Assembly (NCBI GenBank): GCA_044892525.1
Contig: CM097886.1
Span: forward strand, 93,186,001-93,250,000
DNA length: 64,000 nucleotides
Direction: 5' to 3'
Origin: Schmidtea polychroa
Lineage: Eukaryota
Shown: one piece after another, positions 1 through 13,794 of the stretch
How the letters are laid out: each line of letters opens with the position of its first letter
How positions within the stretch are numbered: position 1 is the stretch's first letter
Position numbers and translations under genes: made by a program
Notes under the pieces: model-generated
What the model was told of the DNA's origin: nothing
Seen by the model: only the letters and a program-made list of their open reading frames with translations
The model's database searches: none

Positions 1-714
1 AAATAATAAAACTCCTGATCGCGCCTGTGTGCGCACACATACAAGAAAAAGAACTTTTAACAATAAACGCACACATAGGCGCAAGCCCAAAACAGGCCGA
101 AATAGCACCTTTTATACCCATCTCATAATCATCCTTTCGTCATTAAATTAATTTTGATATTCTCACTCAGGGCTTCCCCTTGTCGACTTAATTGGCTTGG
201 GCAATTTATTTATTTTGACAACCTACTCAAATATAATTTCCCGTCGAATAATTACAATTTTCTCATTATCTTTCATTTACATTAAATATTATTATTATAT
301 TTTTTGTAGTATAATATTTCTTGATATTTATTTCAAGAAATTTCTAATATAGATTAATATTATTTTTAATTAATATAATAAGTTTCATAGTAATTTTTAT
401 AATTTTCCTTTGTGTTAAATGTTATTGTTATTAACATACCAGAACAATTATACAACAAATAAAATACCCAAGACATTTAGTTTAAATACGCAATTAATGA
501 AATAATATAGAGTCAAATAAATATATACACAGGATGAATCAATTTTGATAAATAATTAATAGTCACCTTGGATGAAACAGTTTAAATTCAATATAGTCAC
601 ATAAAATAACCAAATCACCGAATGTTAAAGTAATTTTTATCAATTATATACAGAATAAAATGAATTGCATTTGAATTGAATATATTGTTTGATTGTGTTT
701 GATTTGGATATATA

Positions 715-1725
715 TTTGGACTATAGTTTATTGTCTTTCTTTGGAAAACACGTTAATTCTATAACTTCTAAGCCCTATTCTGTAATATTTATTTAATATG
801 AATATGGTGATAGGTAGACCCTCATCATCCAACACAACAATAACATATTGAGTAAAACAATGTACGCCGCATCACAAATTGAGTGTAAGTAAATTTAAAT
901 GGTATTGTAGAGAACTCGCTATCTGCTTTCTCAACTTTACTGGTTCCTATATATCTACTGAGTATGAAATAAACAAAAGACGGTTGTTTTCAAATATATA
1001 TTTATAATAAAAGATTTGCCAAAAACTTAAATCAATTTCTTGCTATTCGATTCAAAATTTCCAGTAACTGCAATAGAATTGTGTAGGCAAATTATGTATG
1101 TGTGAATGTTATATTATCCTTGCTGTGTTGCGTGCAGTAGTTAGACTTTTTTGTTGTATCCTTCTTATTTTTTAATCTAACGAGGATTCACCTTCTTAGA
1201 TATTAAAAGAGTTGTTAGTTACGAAAATAAGGGTTATATTTAGTTGTTAAGTAAATTATGGTGTAACATTAAGTAATAAATAATAATTAGGTAAATTAAG
1301 GATAAGTAAATTAAAGTTAAAAATTTCAAATATGTAAATTTAGGTTCAAAATTTTAAATTAAGTAATCAATGGTTCAAATTTTAAATTAAAGTTAAATAA
1401 GTAATAATTAATAAAGTAATAATTAATAAAGTATTAATTAATAAAGTAATAATAAAGTAATAATTTTTAAACAAGTAAAGTAATGTAATAAGTAAATTAA
1501 AGTAAGATTTTTAAATTTATTAACAAAAAGTTAGAATAATAATCAATGTTTGAGAAATAAAAATTTAAAATGAAAGTTTTTATGAAATAAATTTTAAAGT
1601 CAATTTTTAATGTAAATTTTAATGGAATAATTTTTTAAGTTAATTTGTATGAAATATTGTTTTAAGATTATTTTAAATACAAATTTCAATGAAATATTTT
1701 TCAATGTCAAATGAAAATTTTAATG

Positions 1726-1760
<35 letters not shown>

Positions 1761-1800
1761 TTCAAAATATAATATTAATATTAATAAAAATAATAATAAT

Positions 1801-1847
<47 letters not shown>

Positions 1848-2468
1848 TAATCATAATAATTCAACAGTTACCAACAATCGGTTACTAAATATTTTTAACT
1901 AGGTGCTAACAAATAACTATTTATTGAATGCAATTTCTACTTTGCAATAATAAGTCAGTAGTTATCATTTAAAAGAAGAATGTTTTGTAAATTAGAATTC
2001 ATTACTCTTTCATTGTAATTTAAATTATCCTCAATTCCACGTGGTGTTTTAAAGTGGTTGAGTTGACAGTTATTCATTTTTTGATGAAAATCAACATTTT
2101 TGTTAAATTTAGACATTTTGAAAAGGTTTTTCTACTGATTGTAATTAAAATTATTTTTGAAGACAAATAAAAAAAATTAATTTGAAAAAGACATTTCATA
2201 AAATACAATGAAGAATATTTAGTTGGTTGTAAGTAGTTAGTTGTAAGTATCTGGTTGTTTGAGTTATTTAGTACATGGTATCATGTTGTAAGTATTTGGT
2301 ACTTATTTATTAGCACCTAGTTAAAAATATTTAGTAACCGATTGTTGGTAACTGTTGAATTATTATTATTTTTATTATTATTATTATAATTATTTTTATT
2401 AATATTATTTTTTGAATATTATTATTATTATTATAATTATCTTTATTAATATTAATATTATTTTTTAA

Positions 2469-2499
<31 letters not shown>

Positions 2500-5035
2500 C
2501 CATTAAAATTTTCATTAAAAATTATTTTTGAAAATTATTTCATTAAAATTTCCATAAAAAATTAACTTAAAAATTTATTCCATTTAAAATTCCATTAAAA
2601 CTAAGCTTAAAAAATATTCCATTAAAATTAACATTGAAAAATGACTTTAAAAATTATTTCATAAAAATTTTCATTTTAAATTTTTATTTCTCAAATATTG
2701 ATTATTATTCTAACTTTTTGTTAATAAATTTTAAAATCTTACTTTAATTTACTCATTACATTACTTTACTTATTTAAAAATTATTACTTTAATTTACTTA
2801 TTTAACTTTAATTTAAAATTTGAACCATTGATTACCTAATTTAAAATTTTGAACCATAAATTTATATATTTGAAATTTTTAACTTTAATTTACTTATCCT
2901 TTATTTACCTAATTATCATTTATTACTTAATGTTACACCATAATTTACTTAACAACTAAATATAACCCTTATTTTCATATTTAACCAATAATTTCATGTG
3001 GTCATCTGGTCCTAAGTACTTGGTATCTAGTTGACAGTGCTTAGTACTAGGTACCTAGTTGCTGCTTGTTTTTGGTTGTTAGTACTTGGTATCTAAGTTA
3101 GTATCTAATTTGGTATCGTAAGTTACTGGTAGATGATACTAAGTTGTTGGTATCTGATTGTTGGTTTGTTGTTAAATTATTATTATTAAATATAATTATT
3201 AAAATTTGTATTTGAAAAATATTTCATAAAAATAAAATTATCTTAAAAGATTATTCCATAAAAATTTTCAATAAAAATTATTTAAAAAAATTTTATTTCT
3301 CAGGAGCTGTCGATTATTCAAACTTTTTGTTAATAAATTTTAAAATCTTACTTTAATTTAATTATTTAAAAATTAATACTTTAATTTACTTATTTAACTT
3401 TAATTTAAAATTTTTGACCATTGATTACTTAATTTTAAAAATTTGGACCTTAATTAACTTTAATTTAATTTTTGGAACCTTAATTTACCTTTTTTAACCA
3501 TAATTTACTTTAATTTAAAATTTTGAACCTTAAATAACTTATCTAGACCATAATTTACTTTAATTTTAAAATTGGGACCATAATTAACTCATTGATTACT
3601 TTAATTCAATTATTAGACCCATAATTTACTTTAATTTAAAATTTCGACCTTAATTTACTTATTTGAGCCCATTGATAACTTTAAATGAAATATTTAGACC
3701 TTAATTATCTTTTATTAAAAAATTTAAACCTTAATTTACTTATTGAGACCATAATTTACTTTAATTTTAAAATTTAGACCATAATTAATTTATTTGAATC
3801 CATTGATTACTTTAATTTAATTATTAGACCCATAATTTGCTGTAATTCATTTTTTAGACCATATTTTAATTTAATTTAAAAATCTGAGCCCACAATTTAC
3901 TGTAATTCATTTTTTAGACCATATTTTAATTTAATTTAAAAATCTGAGCCAATAATTTGCTATAATTAATTTTTTAGACCCTTAATTTACTTTAATTCAT
4001 AAATTTACCATGCTTTTTTATTGAAGACCACCTTTTTCTATTGAAAATCCCAGGACCAAGGAGACCCACCTTAATTTACTTGGGAAAATCCTTGGCTTTT
4101 TTATTGAAGACCGCCTTTTTCTATTGAAAATATCCTGAGACCTTAAATTACCATGGTTTTTTTAGTGGTAATTCAAATTTGTATTGAAAATCCCAGGACA
4201 ATGGAGACTCCTCACTATAGTCTGAAAAATTCCATGCTTTTTTAGTGTAAACAGATTTTTGTATTGAAAATCCCATGACCGTGTGATTGACGTTATCTGA
4301 TAATTAAATCATTGCCATTNNNNNNNNNNNNNNNNNNNNNNNNNNNNNNNNNNNNNNNNNNNNNNNNNNNNNNNNNNNNNNNNNNNNNNNNNNNNNNNNN
4401 NNNNNNNNNNNNNNNNNNNNNNNNNNNNNNNNNNNNNNNNNNNNNNNNNNNNNNNNNNNNNNNNNNNNNNNNNNNNNNNNNNNNNNNNNNNNNNNNNNNN
4501 NNNNNNNNNNNNNNNNNNNNNNNNNNNNNNNNNNNNNNNNNNNNNNNNNNNNNNNNNNNNNNNNNNNNNNNNNNNNNNNNNNNNATAATTGTTTCAGCCA
4601 ATTGAAAATTTAAAGCCCAAAAGTATTGATAAAACAAAATAATAAAAATAATCGGTATAAACATTGTATTTATTTAAGATCCTCAAATTTATTATTTGAC
4701 AATTATAAACATTGTGACAAAAATATTAACATTTCATCTCCTAGCAACGGTTTCCAAAGCTGTATTGTTTAGCATTTAATAGGGAAATATCAGTGAGAAA
4801 TATCACAAATTTATCCAGGAAGGTTTGGCATTGTTGCTTATTGTAAGTTTTATTTGATTGTTTGTTTTATTGTATTCGAAATGGTCTTATTTAGTTGCGT
4901 AACTGCTGTTGCAAGGGTTTGCATGACAAGCGCAATTTGCTGCTGTCTAAATATCATCAAGCAATTCCAAATCATTTCTTTATTCCCATATCTGGTCTCT
5001 AGAATTTATGAAGCCAAGGAATCACTGGAGTGAAG
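715..5035 (+). repeat. Left arm of a giant inverted repeat; AT-rich subrepeats, (AAT)n tracts and an N-gap
   Basis: tttggactatag at 715 is the reverse complement of ctatagtccaaa ending at 13794. The match runs inward to ...cactggagtgaag at 5035, pairing with cttcactccagtg at 9027. Confidence 0.9.
1223..2976. repeat. Nested foldback (long internal inverted repeat) inside the left arm; counterpart at about 11255-13287
   Basis: gaaaataagggttatatttagttgttaag at 1223 pairs with cttaacaactaaatataacccttattttc ending at 2976. An inner pair at 1878-1917 / 2305-2345 flanks a unique loop. Confidence 0.8.
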
Positions 5036-5230
5036 GTTTTCTGTGAGTTCATTATTTGATAAATATTCATATTCCGTATATAATTTAACTATTCATATGC
5101 CGATAACTCCATATGTCGTCTAATAAATCATGAATTTCATCGGGAATATTCATATCAACCTCCAATTTATATCCATATGGTAAATTCTCTAGGTTTGATG
5201 ATTTACACTCTTCTAGAATGGTGTCCTAAT

Positions 5231-6584
5231 CAGTGGCGGATTTAGATTTTGGTGCTTGGGGGCGAGGAAAATTTTCAGGGGGCGCCACAAATTATGAAGA
5301 TGGTACTACTTATTTTCGCGAGTATTGATTGAATACTAATATTATTAAAAAGCATTATATTCAGTAAATTTATTCTAGTAAATTTATTGATGTAACAAAC
5401 ATACAAGTTTTTTTATTATTTAAATTGCTTCCTGCGTGATTTCATTGAAGCAAAACGATTTATAGTCGATTTAAAATCAATGTTCTCAGCCAGTTCGCGT
5501 TCTATTGAAATTAATGCTAATCCAGACAGACGTTCGTTTGTCATTGTTGATCGCAAATAATTTTTGATGATTTTCAGTCTACTGAAACTTCTTTCAGCAG
5601 TAGCAGATGTAACAGGAAGAGTCAAGTATATTTTAAAAAGAATTGCCAAATTGGGAAGTCCTGGTGCCATCTGTTTTTCAACCAAGAAAGGCAGCACCTC
5701 TTTAAGTTGTAGTTCACAAGATAGTAATGGGCGTATTGATGCATACACGTATTTGAAAGTATCATTCTAGGATTGCTTCTTCAATATTAATATCATTTTT
5801 GTAAATGTCGCATAAATTTTGAAAAGATTCTTTATTTTCTTCTGATATTTGTGATGGATCAAGACAGGAGAATAAAGCAACAGTGTTATGAAAATCATTA
5901 AAACGTTCATCTAGTTGTGTTACAAGTGTATCCAAGACAGTGAAATACGTTTCACATTTGAAGCGTGTAGTTGGATCATCAACCCTTTCATATCTGTTAA
6001 GTTCACCTGCCATGCGTTTCCTTTTTGCAACTCGCTTTTCTTTAAATTCTGTTTCAACATCTAATGAGGAACAATTTTTGATAATAAATGATTTTACAGC
6101 AACATTTAGACTTTCAAAAGCTTTATCACTTCTCATATCAGCAAACTTATTTCTGGCAACATAAATCAATTGTTTTGCAAAAGCAATATCAATGTCCTTT
6201 GATTGCAAATAGTTTGATAACACAAAGATATTATCTAACAGCTTTTATAGAAATAGCATCAGAAAAACAAAAGTATTTTGTTATCAAAATAGATAGTCCC
6301 ATAGCTTCTGCTCTGACACTTCCTTTGTGTTCTTTTGATTCCCCAATATTTATATCTTCTAGAGTAGATATAATAACGGAGAATGATCCAACAACTGCAT
6401 CAACTGCATGCTTTCGGCTTGCCCATCTTGTATCAGAAAGTCGTTTTAGAGTATCTACTGTCGATTCATATCGAGACTTTTGATGTTCTTCGAGAATATG
6501 TAGTCGTGGTAGACTTGATGTAAGGAAACTATACAACTTTTCTGTTGTACCAAAAAACAACTGAACATCATTGTTAAGAGACAT
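5231..6584 (-). mobile_element. 5'-truncated hAT transposon (ZMYM1/Tip100-like transposase pseudogene) with its 3' terminus
   Basis: SDTRWASR motif and C-terminal dimerisation motif LTLPVTSATAERSFSRLKIIKNYLRSTMTNERLSGLALISIE, interrupted by a stop and a frameshift. Terminal CAGTGGCGGATTT at 5231. Confidence 0.9.
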
Positions 6585-7244
6585 TGCTTCAATATTATTT
6601 TTGGGGGATTCTGCATATTTATATGTTTTAGGATGTTTTATACAATTTTACACTTTTATATACTAAACTTTGTTCAAATTATTGTCAAAATAAAAATAGA
6701 TTTTTTATGGATAAATGGCTCACATCAAAGAATTGTTAAATTAATAAATTAATGTAAATTTATTAAAAATATAATAAAATTGAAATAAAATAACTTACCA
6801 TTTCCTGAATCTCTTTTCATATTTAAAATAAAATGTCTTGGGAAATATTTGTAAATTTGAATTTAAAGTAAATAATAAAATAAAACACAATTTAAAAATA
6901 AAATGAAAAGATTGATTTTAACTTTATAAATAATCAATTTATGTTTTTATTTTAATTCAATTGAATATTATTTTAATATTTCAATAGTAACGCAATAATT
7001 TGTTTGTCAAAAAAGTCCAAATTGATAATTATTATAGTTAGATTTATGTACAAACACTTTACAAGCTTAAAAACTTCAAACAGTCGCTCTTCACTGGAGC
7101 TATGTAATATTATTAATATGATGCAGCATAACAGCTCGAGTTGCTTAAATCCAGTTGAACTTTGTCTGTGTACAAAACTGTGTACAAAAATGTACAAAAC
7201 TGTAATATTAGAAAAAATTCATAAAATTATCTTTGGGGGGGCGA

Positions 7245-7390
7245 CTCGCAAATAAATTGGAATATTTCACAAGAAGTTCAAAAATTTCATCATCAAATAT
7301 CTTTTCAAAAAATATTGTAGGTGATTCATTATTATGCGGACCTTGCATTTCTTTCCACTGCTGTGATGATCTACTAATATCTTTCATTGA
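7245..7390 (-). pseudogene. piggyBac (PGBD-like) transposase fragment
   Basis: Minus strand reads ESPTIFFEKIFDDEIFELLVKYSNLFA, matching the piggyBac N-terminal motif SPxxxFxxFFDxExxxxIVxxTNxYA. Confidence 0.55.
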
Positions 7391-8411
7391 CTATTTATAT
7401 TGGCGCCTTTTACTCACTATGGCATTTCTTAACGGATGCGAAACTGTTGGACTGAAATGACGAAATCTTTAAGAATACCAAATTCCAATTCAATACAAAA
7501 ACATTTTATTGCAACAATAATTTTCTTATTCAAGAACAATATTAATCCTTGACAATAATTATTTCGGTGTTTTATTTTATTCTTGGTGTTTTTATCTTTA
7601 GTTTATACAAATAACGTTTTTTATTTATTCTTGATAATGATTACTCTATTCTGGTGTCATTTAGATGTAAATAACACTTATATTTTATGTTGGTGTTTTT
7701 TTATTTGTTTTTAATTTTTTTTTACTTTTTAGGTACATATAAATAAACATAAAAATAATTAAAGTATTTTGTAATTAATATTTCTGATCATATTTCTAGG
7801 CAATTTCACCCATAAGCTTGTCTAAAATAATTATTTTAGGCAAGTGAAAAAGCAAATGAAAAGTAAATATATATATTTTAACAGGCGAAAAAAATATCAA
7901 AATACGCGCGACTATCAAATATAAATTAGGGATGATATATTTTAATAAAATCTTTTTTTAGGTTTTGTTATGAGAATTGTATGAGAATAAAAAAACAATG
8001 TATATTTTTAGTAAAGTTTTTTCAAATCCAAGACGATACAACTATGCTCGCGCTAGCTATTCCAATAGTTTGTCGGTCTTTTTTTGCACAAAAAGGTCAT
8101 AGACAAGTGCTGGTTTAACAGGTCCAGTTAAATGCATCGTTGTGCTCGGCTACGCGCGCAAACTACTCTCACTTCTTCGTATTTGACACTTTTACTTGTG
8201 TTAGTTTCAAGTTAATAGTTTTGAAGTGCAATAGTTTCTTTATTTTATATGTAATAAAACGTATAATAATCATTTAAATATTTTCCACTACAATAAGTAC
8301 TATTATTAAAATTATTAAATATTATTAAATTAAAATCAAACCGACTACTGCTGTAGATACACTAGCAGTACGTGATCCAATTTTTTTTATAAAAATATTT
8401 ATATTCTTCTC

Positions 8412-8733
8412 ACAATATTTGCTACTTTGCCGGTATCATATTTAAGAAATACCATGGATGAAAAGGGTTAAATGGTTTGGCTTTGTTATATATTCATCAA
8501 GACATTAAAATAAATCCGGATGAAATACTTTCTGAATTAATGAAAGGACAATGACGAATTAATATTATATTGTAATATATTCTATGTAATATACATTGTT
8601 AATAATTAATAATAAATTTGTAAATTATCTTAAAATATTTTTCTATTTTTCCGTGTCAACTTTTAACATTCCTCGATGAATTGCAATAATTAATAATTTT
8701 GCCCCCGAAGCAGAAATCCTGGCTACGTCTCTG
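8412..8733 (+). mobile_element. Second hAT remnant: internally deleted dimerisation domain plus right terminal repeat
   Basis: Reads TIFATLPVS/YLRNTMDEK then, after a frameshift, RLNGLALLYIHQDIKINPDEIL. End gaaatcctggctacgtctctg is the reverse complement of a CAGxxxCGTAGCCAGGATTT-type hAT terminus. Confidence 0.7.
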
Positions 8734-9026
8734 TTTGTAAGAATATTCAATATTTTATATTATCATGATTAAAAACCATTGCCATAGAACTGGGTCAAGT
8801 ATATAGCACGAACCATTGCTATAGGGGTGGGTCAAGTATATAACAAGTTTCATTTAGAAGTGCATTCAAATGTAAAAAATCAAAAAAAAGCATTATATAA
8901 TCACCACAAAAATATTAAAGTATAAATGAGAAATACCCTCATTAAATGAAAATATAAAAACTAACCGCACCATGAGATGATTAGGAGAGAGATTGAGAAA
9001 CCTTACAGACATTGTGCATTGAGATT

Positions 9027-11729
9027 CTTCACTCCAGTGATTCCTTGGCTTCATAAATTCTAGAGAGCAGATATGGGAATAAAGAAATGATTTGGAATTG
9101 CTTGATGATATTTAGACAGCAGCAAATTGCGCTTGTCATGCAAACCCTTGCAACAGCAGTTACGCAACTAAATAAGACCATTTCGAATACAATAAAACAA
9201 ACAATCAAATAAAACTTACAATAAGCAACAATGCCAAACCTTCCTGGATAAATTTGTGATATTTCTCACTGATATTTCCCTATTAAATGCTAAACAATAC
9301 AGCTTTGGAAACCGTTGCTAGGAGATGAAATGTTAATATTTTTGTCACAATGTTTATAATTGTCAAATAATAAATTTGAGGATCTTAAATAAATACAATG
9401 TTTATACCGATTATTTTTATTATTTTGTTTTATCGATACTTTTGGGCTTTAAATTTTCAATTGGCTGAAACAATTATNNNNNNNNNNNNNNNNNNNNNNN
9501 NNNNNNNNNNNNNNNNNNNNNNNNNNNNNNNNNNNNNNNNNNNNNNNNNNNNNNNNNNNNNNNNNNNNNNNNNNNNNNNNNNNNNNNNNNNNNNNNNNNN
9601 NNNNNNNNNNNNNNNNNNNNNNNNNNNNNNNNNNNNNNNNNNNNNNNNNNNNNNNNNNNNNNNNNNNNNNNNNNNNNNNNNNNNNNNNNNNNNNNNNNNN
9701 NNNNNNNNNNNNNNNNNNNNNNNNNNNNNNNNNNNNNNNNNNNNNNNNNNNNNNNNNNNNNNNNNNNNNNNNNNNNNNNNNNNNNNNNNNNNNNNNNNNN
9801 NNNNNNNNNNNNNNNNNNNNNNNAATGGCAATGATTTAATTATCAGATAACGTCAATCACAGGTCATGGGATTTTCAATACAAAAATCTGTTTACACTAA
9901 AAAAGCATGGAATTTTTCAGACTATAGTGAGGAGTCTCCATTGTCCTGGGATTTTCAATACAAATTTGAATTACCACTAAAAAAACCATGGTAATTTAAG
10001 GTCTCAGGATATTTTCAATAGAAAAAGGCGGTCTTCAATAAAAAAGCCAAGGATTTTCCCAAGTAAATTAAGGTGGGTCTCCTTGGTCCTGGGATTTTCA
10101 ATAGGAAAAGGTGGTCTTCAATAAAAAAGCATGGTAAATTTATGAATTAAAGTAAATTAAGGGTCTAAAAAATGAATTATAGCAAATTATTGGCTCAGAT
10201 TTTTAAATTAAATTAAAATATGGTCTAAAAAATGAATTACAGTAAATTGTGGGCTCAGATTTTTAAATTAAATTAAAATATGGTCTAAAAATGAATTACA
10301 GCAAATTATGGGTCTAATAATTAAATTAAAGTAATCAATGGATTCAAATAAATTAATTATGGTCTAAATTTTAAAATTAAAGTAAATTATGGTCTCAATA
10401 AGTAAATTAAGGTTTAAATTTTTTAATTAAAGATAATTAAGGTCTAAATATTTCATTTAAAGTTATCAATGGGCTCAAATAAGTAAATTAAGGTCGAAAT
10501 TTTAAATTAAAGTAAATTATGGGTCTAATAATTGAATTAAAGTAATCAATGAGTTAATTATGGTCCCAATTTTAAAATTAAAGTAAATTATGGTCTAGAT
10601 AAGTTAATTAAGGTTCAAAATTTTAAATTAAAGTAAATTATGGTTAAAAAAGGTAAATTAAGGTTCCAAAAATTAAATTAAAGTTAATTAAGGTCCAAAT
10701 TTTTAAAATTAAGTAATCAATGGTCAAAAATTTTAAATTCAAGTTAAATAAGTAAATTAAAGTATTAATTTTTAAATAATTAAATTAAAGTAAGATTTTA
10801 AAATTTATTAACAAAAAGTTTGAATAATCGACAGCTCCTGAGAAATAAAATTTTTTTAAATAATTTTTATTGAAAATTTTTATGGAATAATCTTTTAAGA
10901 TAATTTAATTTTTATGAAATATTTTTCAAATACAAATTTTAATAATTATATTTAATAATAATAATTTAACAACAAACCAACAATCAGATACCAAGTACAA
11001 GATACCAACAACTTAGTATCATCTACCAGTAACTTACGATACCAAATTAGATACCAACTTAGATACCAAGTACTAACAACCAAAAACAAGCAGCAACTAG
11101 GTACCAGATACCCAGTACTTACAACCGACAACAACCAGGTACCAAGCATTATCAACTAAGTACTAACAACCAAGTTCGAAATACCTAGTACTAAGCACTG
11201 TCAACTAGATACCAAGTACTTAGGCCAGATGACCACATGAAATTATTGGTTAAATATGAAAATAAGGGTTATATTTAGTTGTTAAGTAAATTATGGTGTA
11301 ACATTAAGTAATAAATGATAATTAGGTAAATTAAAGAGAAGTAAATTAAAGTTAAAAATTTCAAATATATAAATTTATGGTTCAAAATTTTAAATTAGGT
11401 AATCAATGGTTCAAATTTTAAATTAAAGTTAAATACGTAAATTAAAGTAATAATTTTTAAATAAGTAAAGTAATGTAATGAGTAAATTAAAGTAAGATTT
11501 TAAAATTTATTAACAAAAAGTTAGAATAATAATCAATATTTGAGAAATAAAAATTTAAAATTAAAATTTTTATGAAATAATTTTTAAAGTCATTTTTCAA
11601 TGTAAATTTTAATGGAATATTTTTTAAGCTTAGTTTTAATGGAATTTTAAAAAATTTTTTAAGTTAATTTTTTATGAAAATTTTAATGAAATAATTTTCA
11701 AAAATAATTTTTAATGAAAATTTTAATGG

Positions 11730-11805
<76 letters not shown>

Positions 11806-12658
11806 TAAAATGATGATTGCTTGGTAGCAGCATTTATTATTTAAAACAATAAAATGATAATTTAAGCCTTTTGCTGCAAATAATGTATTTAATGAAAGAA
11901 TTTTCGACTATACGATTGACAAGGACTATCGTATAGTCGAAAATTCTTTTATTAAATACATTATTTGCAGCAAAAGGCTTANNNNNNNNNNNNNNNNNNN
12001 NNNNNNNNNNNNNNNNNNNNNNNNNNNNNNNNNNNNNNNNNNNNNNNNNNNNNNNNNNNNNNNNNNNNNNNNNNNNNNNNNNNNNNNNNNNNNNNNNNNN
12101 NNNNNNNNNNNNNNNNNNNNNNNNNNNNNNNNNNNNNNNNNNNNNNNNNNNNNNNNNNNNNNAATCGGTTACTAAATATTTTTAACTAGGTGCTAACAAA
12201 TAAGTACCAAATACTTACAACATGATACCATGTACTAAATAACTCAAACAACCAGATACTTACAACTAACTACTTACAACCAACTAAATATTCTTCATTG
12301 TATTTTATGAAATGTCTTTTTCAAATTAATTTTTTTTATTTGTCTTCAAAAATAATTTTAATTACAATCAGTAGAAAAACCTTTTCAAAATGTCTAAATT
12401 TAACAAAAATGTTGATTTTCATCAAAAAATGAATAACTGTCAACTCAACCACTTTAAAACACCACGTGGAATTTAGGATAATTTAAATTACAATGAAAGA
12501 GTAATGAATTCTAATTTACAAAACATTCTTCTTTTAAATGATAACTACTGACTTATTATTGCAAAGTAGAAATTGCATTCAATAAATAGTTATTTGTTAG
12601 CACCTAGTTAAAAATATTTAGTAACCGATTGTTGGTAACTGTTGAATTATTATGATTA

Positions 12659-12705
<47 letters not shown>

Positions 12706-12733
12706 TTTATTAATATTAATATTATATTTTGAA

Positions 12734-12783
<50 letters not shown>

Positions 12784-13794
12784 CATTAAAATTTTCATTT
12801 GACATTGAAAAATATTTCATTGAAATTTGTATTTAAAATAATCTTAAAACAATATTTCATACAAATTTACTTAAAAAATTATTCCATTAAAATTTGCATT
12901 AAAAATTGACTTTAAAATTTATTTCATAAAAACTTTCATTTTAAATTTTTATTTCTCAAACATTGATTATTATTCTAACTTTTTGTTAATAAATTTAAAA
13001 ATCTTACTTTAATTTACTTATTACATTACTTTACTTGTTTAAAAATTATTACTTTATTATTACTTTATTAATTAATACTTTATTAATTATTACTTTATTA
13101 ATTATTACTTATTTAACTTTAATTTAAAATTTGAACCATTGATTACTTAATTTAAAATTTTGAACCTAAATTTACATATTTGAAATTTTTAACTTTAATT
13201 TACTTATCCTTAATTTACCTAATTATTATTTATTACTTAATGTTACACCATAATTTACTTAACAACTAAATATAACCCTTATTTTCATAACTAACAACTC
13301 TTTTAATATCTAAGAAGGTGAATCCTCGTTAGATTAAAAAATAAGAAGGATACAACAAAAAAGTCTAACTACTGCACGCAACACAGCAAGGATAATATAA
13401 CATTCACACATACATAATTTGCCTACACAATTCTATTGCAGTTACTGGAAATTTTGAATCGAATAGCAAGAAATTGATTTAAGTTTTTGGCAAATCTTTT
13501 ATTATAAATATATATTTGAAAACAACCGTCTTTTGTTTATTTCATACTCAGTAGATATATAGGAACCAGTAAAGTTGAGAAAGCAGATAGCGAGTTCTCT
13601 ACAATACCATTTAAATTTTCTTACACTCAATTTGTGATGCGGCGTACATTGTTTTACTCAATATGTTATTGTTGTGTTGGATGATGAGGGTCTACCTATC
13701 ACCATATTCATATTAAATAAATATTACAGAATAGGGCTTAGAAGTTATAGAATTAACGTGTTTTCCAAAGAAAGACAATAAACTATAGTCCAAA
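9027..13794 (-). repeat. Right arm of the giant inverted repeat
   Basis: Reverse complement of 715-5035 with scattered substitutions and indels. The N-gap at 9478-9823 has the same flanks as the gap at 4320-4584. Confidence 0.9.

Noticed and set aside
4205-4222. gactcctcactatag resembling the T7 promoter end
   Set aside because: Only ctcactatag matches, the upstream TAATACGA is absent, and the site is embedded in both repeat arms. No sign of vector sequence.
4293-4664. ORFs made mostly of X (also 9398-9850, 11965-12189, 20622-20975, 36264-36566, 39070-39255, 62548-62997)
   Set aside because: They are artefacts of translating across N-gaps.
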